Assembly (NCBI GenBank): GCA_964035545.1
Contig: CAXIUT010000081.1
Span: 1-24,441 of the forward strand
Direction: 5' to 3'
Origin: Bugula neritina
Lineage: Eukaryota > Animalia > Bryozoa
DNA length: 24,441 nucleotides
Made by a program: the position numbers and the translations under genes. Positions 14,709 through 24,441 of this stretch are shown here, piece after piece (the first letter of the stretch is position 1; the number at the start of each line of letters is the position of its first letter). Below the pieces are notes generated by a model that did not search any database, was not told the origin of the DNA, and saw only the letters and a list, made by a program, of their open reading frames with translations.

Positions 14709-15123
14709 TATCTAATAATTATAAATATTAATTATTACTTTACCTTGAAATATCTCTTGATTTCCACATCTTCTTCTTCAATTGAAAAATTCAATCTATT
14801 TAATCCCAAAAAACCATAAAATATGAATTATACTTTCGGTAGATCTCTCAAAAATAAAGCTAGAAATCAAAAGCTTTGATCAACTGTGACTGTTTCACAT
14901 TATCTTTATCAACAATATCATTGCTACCTATCCTAAAAAATCTTCAAAAGGATATAAAAAGTCTAATTATCAAAAATAAGAAGAGCTAAAGTCACACCAA
15001 TTCATCTGGCAGCTTTGGGAAATGAATGGAGAAAGCTGTTAGTCTTTGCTCTATAATATGACGAAAATAAAATTTAATAAGCATAAATAAAATTAGATTT
15101 ATCAACAGTCATAAATAAATTGA

Positions 15124-16527
15124 TCAAGTCACATAAGTCTTAATTTTAGATTATTTTTACTTATTTTCAACTGTTTTATTCTCTCTCTATGTATACTTTT
15201 CATAAGCTATTTTGAAATTAAAATAACAAACTAAAAATAGCGCTAGAAAAGAAAATCCAAGAAAGATCAGAAGAATTTAGCTATAAGATAGTTTTGAAGA
15301 AAGTATAATTTGAAATATAGGGACAGTAAGTAAAGCTAAATAGGTGACTAATCCTTTATAAGGAATCATTTCGGTTGCCATTTCTAATCCAAATATTTAT
15401 ATAAATCCTGGACCAATAATAGTGACCAATCCTTTATCCATAAAGCTTAACATAAAGTAGAGAATGATTACGTTCCATTTTTATTGACAAAAAAGACCAA
15501 AACATTTAAAAAATATGTCTATTGATAAAATTAAAAAAAGAGTAAATTTGAATCCTTTCAAATCTCCAATAAATCCCCAGAAAGGAGCTCCAATAATAGC
15601 TGCAATTGTTACAGAGATAGCACAAGAAGCTAGATAATGATCATCATTAATAATTGGCATAAAAATAAGTTTCATGTAGAGATTTAGATAGATGACATAC
15701 AACTGAGCACAGAACATCATGCAGAGTAAGATGAGAGATTTTTTATCGAAAAGGACTTAAACAAGTTTTTTTGGTTTATTTTGTTTTAAAGATTATGATT
15801 TTTATGCTACCTTATTGATTTATTCTGTAGCTTATGCAAGTAATTCCATCTAGACTTCTCTTTCAAGGAAGTTATCTTCTTTTTTCTCAATAAGAAATGA
15901 TCCAATAATATAACATAACCCACCTATCATGAATATCATATTGGAGGCTTTAAATACATTTTCTGAGATTTCTTTAGAAAAGAAGGCCTGACCACTGGCA
16001 TCTATGTTTGCTTTTTAGTTATTTGGGTTTACAACAAAAGCAAAAATAAAATTGAAAAGAATTGCGCCAAGTGAAAAGAAAAGAATGGCTGCTCCTGATG
16101 CTTTGTTTAGATGGTTAGGAAATTGTGACCAGAGACAGTTGAGGACAGGAACAGAACTGATAGAAAGACAAGAGACTGGAATCAGAAGATAGCACAAACC
16201 TAAAATGAATGTGGTTAGTTTAATATTTATGACAAAAGGTATTACTGTAAAAATGAATCCACAAGTTCTCACTACTTTTTGATATCCATAAATCTTAGTC
16301 AAAGTTGTAGAAGCTAACATAGCTAAAGCTGAAGGAACAACTACGCATAGGACAATGATTGAGTTAGTGGTTGATGAGATGTTATGTCCTTGGTGATGAA
16401 GATATGAAAAGAAGTAGATATTGATTGTGCCCCAAATTCCAAGATATCCAGTTGCTACTTTGATCAATGCTACTCCTATGAAAGTGAGAAGGGCCGATCG
16501 ATTCGCTTATTTAATCATATCAATCAT
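15124..16527 (-). CDS. Major facilitator superfamily transporter (oxalate/formate-antiporter-like), about 467 aa
   Basis: About 12 hydrophobic segments, GYLGIWGTINIYFFSYL in the first TM, and the MFS motif WGFIGDLKGFK. Joins track ORFs 16015-16467 and 15481-15720 through Glu codons. Start is 16527 or 16518. Confidence 0.85.
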
Positions 16528-16572
16528 TAGTATTTAAATAGAATATTTATATCCAGGACAAGTTATCGTATA

Positions 16573-17603
16573 TCATTGATAGAAAAGATGTACATAGTTC
16601 TCATCACCTCTATCCATTGATTTTCTCTTATCTTCTTCGTCAAGATAAGCCAACAGCATATGTTTGGGATGCCATCCAAGGACTTCCTGAGGTCCGCTGC
16701 ATTTCACTCTCCAAGCTTGACCTCCTTTTTCCACATTGTAAATATCGATATAAGATCCTTCACTGCTTGTGGCTACATAGCGTCCATTATAACTAAATGA
16801 TACTCTCCTGTAGGCTCCATCTGACTTGTTACTAAAAACTCGCTAGCAGATGACATCTGGGATGTTATGAATTTCAAGCATTGAGTCTTAAGAAGCTGTT
16901 GCGAAGAATTGATTGTCATTGCTGAAGCATATGTCTGATACTCTGGCACAGTGAGTTATTAGAGGTTCAGATATAGGTTAGTAGTTTTAAGTATTGAAAA
17001 GAGATATGGAACCGTTGTTGTTTCTAAGTAAAAGGAAACTTACTCTCCACCTACAAGGAAAAAGACTGAACTCGATCTATCCCAAGCTGATGCACAATAT
17101 TCAAGAGAACTGCTTGATTTTGGAGGGTTAATTGTATGCAATGGAGAACTAGTATTTCTGTAATCGTAGATCATAACTGTATTGTCTTTGTAGATAACTG
17201 ATAGTTTTAGACTTTACATGTTAGGTTCATTGTTCCATGAAAATCTAATCAAATCTTGTTTATTTTTCTTTTATTGCCGAATTGAACTGATTTTGCCATT
17301 TTATCTGATATCCCAAAATTTGATAGCTTCTCTTGAAAGAGATCCAAGTAAATTAGGTGTACCAAATTATAGCCAATCGATGTTAGTGTCATGTCCTCGT
17401 AGTTATCCTGATCTTTCTAATCCAAATTATTATGAAAAGACCCATACTTTGATGGCATTTTATCCAGTAACAAGTAAGTTTCCTACTGAGTTCCAAGTCA
17501 TAGCTGTGGGACACTTTTTATGTCCGGAGTAATGTTTTTCTTTGAAGTTTTTAAAGAGTTCCATGTCTATTAGGTTGAAGCCCTCCTAATTTTGTAGTCG
17601 CAT
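16573..17603 (-). CDS. THOC3: THO complex subunit 3 (Tex1), WD40 repeat protein, 336 aa
   Basis: GHKK..WN..G, ELRGH, IKFWDIR, FFATASEDS, VSFSYNGRYVATSSEGSYIDI and LGWHPKHMLLAY follow the THOC3 pattern. 20-nt intron at 17024-17043. Confidence 0.8.
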
Positions 17604-17645
17604 ATCAATTAATTAAATATATAAAGATAATGTTTTGATTTTAAA

Positions 17646-18013
17646 TCATAAAAGGGCCAATAATAGCAACAGAGCAAATGATATAATTTTCCATGATTCA
17701 AAAAGATAGCATAGATTTTAATAGCAAAGAGACATACTAAGCCAATAGGCATTGGTTCTTGCAGCTTAATTTTTGCAAATTACCCAGCATGCGTTGTAGT
17801 TTTCTGATTCATTGCATTCTGCTAGGCTATATTATTTGTTTATTACCAGTTTCTCATTATTGCGAAATGATTGAGACAATCTTTTTATTCGCTAATACAG
17901 TTTTGTTATTATATGTTGCAGTTGCTGATTCTGCAGGCGTTGAAATCGTATTGGGTGATGGTATAGACTGAGATAGTTAAGGAAAAGAGAAGCAGAAGGG
18001 TTAGGGTGTTCAT
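17646..18013 (-). CDS. Small Cys-rich secreted or GPI/membrane-anchored protein, 115 aa
   Basis: Signal-peptide-like MNTLTLLLLFSLTISVYT, 10 Cys, and a hydrophobic tail IISFALLLLLALL before the stop. 20-nt intron at 17827-17846. Confidence 0.8.
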
Positions 18014-18174
18014 TATAATTAATATTTTAATTATCCAGATAAGAATAGATGTAATATTGTATCGAATAAACTTATCATAATATATATCACAGTAAAAAAC
18101 TTATCTATTTTATGATTGATACTACCCTAACAGATCAATTATGATAATATTTATAAACATAGGTTACCTAACTA

Positions 18175-19188
18175 TCAAAATAGCAAATTTTTAACAACAT
18201 CTGCCTATTCTTTTTATTCATCTTTGATTCCTGCTGATGGAACCTAAACTTCTCTTAATTTATTGATAATCTACATTAAATTAATTTTACAATAACTGGG
18301 TAGATGCTTGTGATTTATGGTTTTGTAGTCCATTTCAAAAATTTATCAGCATCTCCCTTCTTATAGGCTTTGATTAGCTCATCTGCCACTTAGCATTCAT
18401 CGGATTAGAGAAAAGCTGGAATTCTTAATAAAATTAGAGATACAAATTTGAAAGTTAGTACATTTCTTTTTAAGCTCGATTGGCTTAGTGTTGAATCAAA
18501 ATCATCAAAATTTTTACTAATCCATTCTGAATAGTATTAAATATACCTGATTGCAGTCTTGTCCATTGAGGTATTTGATCTGATCGAAGTATATTTTCTC
18601 AACTGCTGGAAACAGTTCATTTTCCATATAGACATTTACAATTTGAAAGAAAAGTTATTTTCTCTTAAAACTACTCTACTATTCTAATGCTGACTGGTAT
18701 GCTTCTTGAAGTATTTCTATTCCTTCTTTCATTTTACCTTTAGCTATCATTTATCTTGGTTATTAAGTTAATACTTTGCAACACGACCCAGCATGAGAAG
18801 ACCTTTATCTATCGAATCTGCCATTCTGAAGCTTCTAAGTCCAAGATGTGCAGTTTTTTTGAGTTGTTAAAGACTTGTTTCTGGGAAATGTTTAAGATAG
18901 ATATCCAAAATTTATTAATAATTTCTGGCTAATGCCCAATTGCTGACTAGAATACTAAATACTCAAGCAATTTATCATTGCATATGATGAGTTGTTATAA
19001 AGCTTGGATGGCTTTTTTATATTTTTTTGCAGCAACATAGAGTTTTGCTGAATAGATGTAGTCTTACCAGCTTATGAGAAGTTGGATGCTCCTGAGGTAT
19101 AGTCTTTATTCCATTGGAAGATTCCAGTTGTGAGGTTATCTTATCCTTTTTTGAATTTTTTATCTCCTTGTTTCTAATTCGGGTCCAT
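18175..19188 (-). CDS. Gamma-SNAP-like soluble NSF attachment protein, 297 aa
   Basis: KKGEDNLTTGIFQWNKDYTSGASNFSEAAKLY and IPAFLESDECEVADELIKAY resemble gamma-SNAP. Six 20-nt introns (19048-19067, 18943-18962, 18755-18774, 18527-18546, 18424-18443, 18271-18290) give one open frame of 894 nt. Confidence 0.82.
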
Positions 19189-19247
19189 ATCAAATTAAAT
19201 ATAATCAAATACTCAGAATAATCATAGTTTTTAAAATTCATCCCAGA

Positions 19248-19304
19248 GGGGTTGGGGTTGGGGTTGGGGTTGGGGTTGGGGTTGGGGTTGGGGTTGGGGT
19301 TGGG
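19248..19304. repeat. Internal (TTGGGG)n tract, interpreted as the right telomere of the first minichromosome
   Basis: 57 nt of GGGGTT repeats in right-end orientation, 59 bp upstream of the gamma-SNAP ATG. Confidence 0.95.
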
Positions 19305-20394
19305 TACTTGAATTAAGTTGACTATCAGGGCTAACTTTCTTTACCACATATACAAAATTACCATTCTAATCTTGATCCATTTGACTGTTATCTAATTTTG
19401 ATACGCGACTTTGATTGGCTTTTGGATGTTTTTGGAAACTTGTTATATGGAGATCTAGCTTATCACTGATATTATAACATATATACCTTTAGTCTTGATT
19501 ATCTAGTTTATTGATTGGATCGTTTGCTTCTTCATTTATTTTTTATAGATTGTTTTTCTTAGAACTTGATATTCTTTTAGGTTCGATCATTGATTTTGGA
19601 TGATATGATGGCTATAATCTTTAATTTCGTCTTTTTTTTGGAAATTATTGTGCCTGCTTACCATAGTTATCTATTTTCTTTTTAGGGATCTTTATCATTT
19701 TATAATCTTCATCTTATTCTATCGTTTCTCCTTAATTTATCATTTTTTAGATTTATTCATCAACTTTTCTTTAAAGTCGAGTAACAAGTTATTAGTTTCT
19801 TAGTTTAAATCTCTATATTTTACTTTGAATTGTTAAATATTAAGGTTAATATGTGAGAAAGTCTTTTGGTTGCCAATTTCCTTAAGCTTCCATTGATTTT
19901 CTCAAATGATCCATACTTTTGCCTATTGAATCAATGAAGCTAGAAATTCTCTATATTTTATTAATTCCTGGTTAAGGTCGACTGAAATAATTGGGAACTT
20001 TGAATGGTCCAACTTATTGTTTTATAATTTGTATTTTTTATCTTTTTATGGGAGGAGCAACTATTTTTTTGAAGCTATTTTTTTCTATCTCATACAAATA
20101 TTCTCTCTATATTTCATAAAGTTCTGCTAGACCTAAATAATTATTTATTAACTTTTGACGAGATCATTGAGAAGATTAGTAAGACCTGCCTTATCAAGAG
20201 TATGACTGGTTCTTGTACATCTTACTTCTAGAATTTAATATTTTTCTAAATGAGGTAGTTCTTTGTTAAGATGCTCGCTTAACTCGAGACATTTGAGTTT
20301 TGCTTTTCTTAATTATGTAAGAAGAGTTTCTGGAGTTATGGAATGATGTACTGATTTGTTTGATATCTTTGTCGAGGCGCTTCTGACTCTACAT
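19305..20394 (-). CDS. Hypothetical coiled-coil protein, 3'-truncated at the junction
   Basis: Coding-like composition and a 20-nt intron-like element at 20133-20152. The reading frame runs into the telomeric tract with no TGA. Start and frame are uncertain because of indels. Confidence 0.5.
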
Positions 20395-20654
20395 TAAAAT
20401 ATAATATCAAAAAACAGCTATTTATCTCAAATATAAGTTTAATATGTCTATAGAATAAATATAATTAGAGTTAAACTCATAAAGTATCAATTTATGAGGC
20501 ATAAATAAAGGACAATAATTTTTTAGTATTTTTATTAATTAATATTTTTTAACTAAAAAAATCTTCTACTATAAAATGATTAAATTAATTGATTTTAAAT
20601 GATGTATTGCTAGTGTGATAGATGATTTTATTATTTTTTATAAATATTGATGGA

Positions 20655-20795
20655 TCATACATTTACTTTATCGATGACTGCTTTAGCCATTTTGAGTGCG
20701 ACTACAATTCCAGCAGCTTTGAATACTCCTTATATAAACTGTTTATTTCTTGCCCAGAAATTACCTCCCTATTTGCCTGAATTTACCATAAACAT
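20655..20795 (-). CDS. Candidate 46-aa microprotein
   Basis: MFMVNSGKEGGNFWARNKQFIEGVFKAAGIVVALKMAKAVIDKVNV followed by TGA. It is a higher-GC island within AT-rich spacer DNA. Confidence 0.55.
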
Positions 20796-20826
20796 TGTTG
20801 ATCTATTTTATAAATTAATTATCGTT

Positions 20827-21402
20827 ATGAGTGATAGGTCTACCGATTTGAACCTACTTGAACTATAAGTCTAAAAACTATAAACTAAACTCAACCAACT
20901 CATCGAATAGGAACTCAAAGAAAAGAATTAAAACAAAGAACTCACTAGAAAAATCAATTAACTCAAGAATGGTGATAGGAAAATGAGTAATATGAGAAAA
21001 TAACTAAAGTAAAATCATATGAATAATATGGGATATCTTGAGAAGAAAATTGAAAATCATGAAAATACATTGAGTAAATACAAATCTTTTTATGAGAAAA
21101 TGCAAAAAAAAGCAAATCCTCATTAAAACAATAAATACCATTCTCATCATAACAGTTCAGCTATTTCTAATAAAATAAACAAATTCAAGATAAATCCTGA
21201 TGTCAGTCAGAGCATAGACTCCTTTCAAAGCGCAACTAGTAACAACAACGACCCTCTTAACAAAGAAGTGAATGTGATATATGAGATGGAATGTTAGAAT
21301 TGCGGAGGGGTATTTAAACCATATCGTTATTATAGTCATATCAATCATTGTCAGAAAGTGATTAAAAATGGATAAATGAGTCAGTCTCTACTTATTCAAT
21401 GA
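20827..21402 (+). CDS. Coiled-coil protein with C-terminal C2HC zinc finger, 191 aa
   Basis: MSDRSTDLNLLELEVEKLETKL... heptad region, then CENCGGVFKPYRYYSHINHC (C-x2-C-x11-H-x3-C). TGA at 21400-21402. Confidence 0.7.
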
Positions 21403-21457
21403 TATTTATGCTTATTGATAAAAATTAATACTTGTAAAATCTATTTAATTATAATAT

Positions 21458-22566
21458 ATGGAGGATAAAAACATCAATCCTAATCAAGTTGCAGCACAAA
21501 CTGCTCCTGTACAAGTTGTGCAATCCAACCAAAATATATCTGGGACATCTATACAGCCAATACAAAATCAAGCATAAGCTGATAAAATCACTTCCAGAAG
21601 ATCAAGAAAAGATGAATAAGGTAGAGATTATCTTTGCGGATGTGGTAAAAGATATCTCTCATATCTATCTCTCATATCCAGCTCTATACACTCATATCAA
21701 AACAAAACACGAAGGAATTCAACCCGAAGGCACCCCAAAGAACAGGCACATCAACCCAAATAGTCAAAAGAATTAAACACAAATTAGAGTAGTAAACCCT
21801 CAGAACGATATATTCCTTTTTCAGTGATCATGAGTTAACAGTGCTAAATATGTTGGGTTAGATCGGCAGAGGAGAGGTGACTCTTACTCATCGTATTAGA
21901 AAAGATTTTATGCCTAGAGATACATATGATACTTTTGTGTCATTGTTAAAACAACAAGAACTTAAATTAACTGATCAAGCTTCTTTGGATTTGGCGTTGA
22001 TTGTCTTTTTAGTCAATGTGGGGAGAACTGGTTAACGATAAAGTTTATTAGCAATTTATTATTTTTGCTAGATTGGCTAGAGCTTGTTTTCTTCTAGCAT
22101 GGATAAGAGGTTCACAGAGCAGTATTTTCAAAAAAAGATTAAGGTCCTTTTCAAATAAAAGATTTCAATATTAATTTTGTCAAATTCTTTCCAATCATCA
22201 GTGATTTCTTTATAAGATTTTTACATTCGGGAGATAAACACAAAAGATACAAAAGAAGCAAACCTATCTATGATGGAAGTTATAACCTATGATTTCTGTC
22301 GTTGGTTAATAACGAAAAAGTTAACAAACATCAGAGTGAGTATGAACAACAACATTGAAATTGATTTTAAGTTGCCAGTTTTCAAAACCTAAATCAACTC
22401 CTGGAAAGAACTAATCAATCAGAGATATGTATATATTTTATAATTAAGAAACGAGAAAGATGTGAAGTAGGAATCTGAGTAGTTGAGTGAGGGATAAGAG
22501 ATCGAGGTGGAGTAGTAATTGAAGTAGTTAGAGGAACATAGTCCGAATAGTTTGATGAAATTCTGA
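21458..22566 (+). CDS. Ciliate-type C2H2 zinc-finger protein, frame-disrupted in this read
   Basis: RDYLCGCGKRYLSYPALYTHIKTKH once a 13-nt duplication is removed; later FPIISDFFIRFL..YDFCRWL. Several indels, and a probable 20-nt intron at 22429-22448. Confidence 0.7.
21653..21678 (+). repeat. Perfect 13-nt tandem duplication, TATCTCTCATATC x2
   Basis: Directly visible at 21653-21665 and 21666-21678. Confidence 0.9.
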
Positions 22567-22597
22567 TTGTCTGTTTGAGATATAAATAATATAGAAT

Positions 22598-23369
22598 ATG
22601 AATCACTCTATCAGCAGCACTGTAACTGGAAAGACTAAGATTAAAATAGTTTTTCTAGGTTGTCAGTCAGTAGGAAAATCATCGATCATTGAAAAATACA
22701 TTCGTAATCGTTTTGATTAAACATAAAATGTAGATCTCTCTTTACTCAGCCAACTGTCGGTATTGATTTTCTTGCTAAAAATATCACTCATAAAAGTAAA
22801 AAATTATCGACTTCAATTATGGGATACTGCTGGACAATAAAGATTTAGATCCTTAATTCCAAGTTATTTAAAAGATGCACATTGTGCGTTGGTAGTTTTC
22901 GATGTTACTTCTGGAACTAGTTTTAATTAGGCTGAATCTTGGGTTAATTTGTTCAATTAGAATAAAGGAGGGGATGGATTTGTCATCTTGGTTGGTAACA
23001 AAATTGATCTCTAGTATCGAGAAGTTAAAAATTAATAGGCTAAACTTAAAGCTTAAAATCTTAGGGTTCCATATTTTTAAATTTCAGCAAAAACAGGAGT
23101 AAACGTAGAAGACCTCTTCATGAGTTGTGTCGACCTTACTATGGATAGAAGCAATAATGCTCATATCTTGCAATAACAAAAGGATGTCATCAAAGAATAG
23201 GGCTCCAAAAGATGAAGAAGAAAAAGATAAATAAGCGAAATAGGCAGTTGACTAAACTGGAACCAAATTGACAGCTATAGGCAAATAGGGAGTAGAAGTG
23301 AATGAGAATGTGGTGTTAAAGAACCAGAAAATAGTAGGGAAGTCATCCAAGTCAAGACCATGCTGCTGA
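22598..23369 (+). CDS. Rab GTPase, Rab6-like, about 249 aa
   Basis: [57 protein letters not shown] and a C-terminal CC prenylation motif. 20-nt intron at 22730-22749. Two +1 indels, in the A-run at 22798-22803 and near 23200. Confidence 0.9.
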
Positions 23370-23428
23370 TTATGTATTTGGGTGGTTATCCCTTGCTTTG
23401 CTATTCCATTTATAGAAGATAATAAGCA

Positions 23429-24080
23429 ATGAAACAACCAATGGTTTATCCTGAAGACATTGAATGCATCGTTGAACCTCGTAATGGTCGAGGTGCTATC
23501 TTTATTAGCAACATTGAAGCAGCATCTAACCCTCACACTCTGACCAGTATATTTCTTCTCAAATAGAGCATGACATAGGAGCAGTGATTAGTGCAGTTAA
23601 AGGAAAAAATCTATCGACAACCATTGCTAAACATATCGAATATATGTATATTCCTGCTGTAGATCATGAATCTTTTGATCTTTCTAAATATTTTTAAACG
23701 GCTAATGAACTACTTTTTTAGGAAACTAGACGGACCAATGTCTTGGTGCATTGTATGGCAGGAGTATCAAGAAGTGCAACTTTAGTTATTGCTTTCTTAA
23801 TGAAAAGTAGGGAGTTGAGTTTCAATGAGGCTTTTAGATTGGTAAAAAGTAAAAGAAAAATTGTACTTTTCTTTTTATTTAGATCTGTCCAAATAGTTCT
23901 TTTTTGAAACAATTACAAGAATATGAAAACAAATTAACATCTAGCAACAAAAAAGGAATGGAACAGTCGACTTCTACAAGTTGGTTTTCGAAAGAACAAA
24001 GAAAACCTGTCAGTCAATATTCTCAATAGAAAAGACCTATTAGCCAATATAGCAGGCCTCAGGGAGTAGTAAAAAAGTGA
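23429..24080 (+). CDS. Dual-specificity protein phosphatase, 203 aa
   Basis: Catalytic motif [21 protein letters not shown] and [15 protein letters not shown]. 20-nt introns at 23547-23566 and 23863-23882. Confidence 0.92.
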
Positions 24081-24367
24081 GAAAGAGTATGATATGATGT
24101 TGAAGAGTCAGATCAGTGAGATGATGAAAAAAATTGGATGTAAATGATCTTTTCCATTTATCTTGGTTTTTAAATATTATTGATAAAGATTTCGAATTTG
24201 TGCTTATTTCTATTATTACTAAAAGTGGCTCCCGAAATACAAAAGTACATTTTGTTTTTAGTTATGTTTTCATAATTTTTCTGAAACTATTAATGTCTAT
24301 TAATCTGGAACCATATTAATTATCATTCAATAATTTGTCATTTCGATATATTAATAATAATGTCAAG

Positions 24368-24441
24368 GGGGTTGGGGTTGGGGTTGGGGTTGGGGTTGGG
24401 GTTGGGGTTGGGGTTGGGGTTGGGGTTGGGGTTGGGGTTGG
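24368..24441. repeat. Right telomere, (TTGGGG)n
   Basis: Perfect GGGGTT repeats to the end of the window. Confidence 0.98.

Noticed and set aside
7520-23205. Programmed ribosomal frameshifting (Euplotes-like) at frame breaks in the MORN, Rab and zinc-finger genes
   Set aside because: The breaks mostly sit in homopolymer runs, go in both directions and lack a consistent AAA-TAR motif. Long-read indel error is the simpler explanation.
24081-24367. Additional small gene between the phosphatase and the right telomere
   Set aside because: No convincing ATG-to-TGA frame or recognisable motif on either strand.

Overview
Eukaryotic DNA from a ciliate macronucleus, almost certainly a peritrich. TAA and TAG both encode Glu and TGA is the only stop (NCBI table 30), so the supplied standard-code ORF track is mostly fragments or shadow ORFs. 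Bases 1-19304 form a complete telomere-to-telomere minichromosome of about 19.3 kb, capped by (CCCCAA)n and (TTGGGG)n. It carries 13 tightly packed genes, including CFAP58, a CaMK-type kinase, a pseudokinase-MORN protein, Sec1/Munc18, CFAP20, an R2R3 Myb, an MFS transporter, THOC3, a Cys-rich surface protein and gamma-SNAP. Its right telomere is joined directly, mid-gene, to a 5.1 kb right-end fragment of another chromosome (microprotein, zinc-finger proteins, Rab6-like GTPase, dual-specificity phosphatase, telomere); this is probably a chimeric long read. The most striking signal is the intron architecture. Of 25 introns found, 23 are exactly 20 nt and 2 are 21 nt, and every one has an A six bases from the 3' end, suggesting fixed-ruler splicing. 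Scattered homopolymer indels indicate a noisy read, so some gene boundaries are approximate. Homology calls come from recognising motifs by eye, not from database searches.
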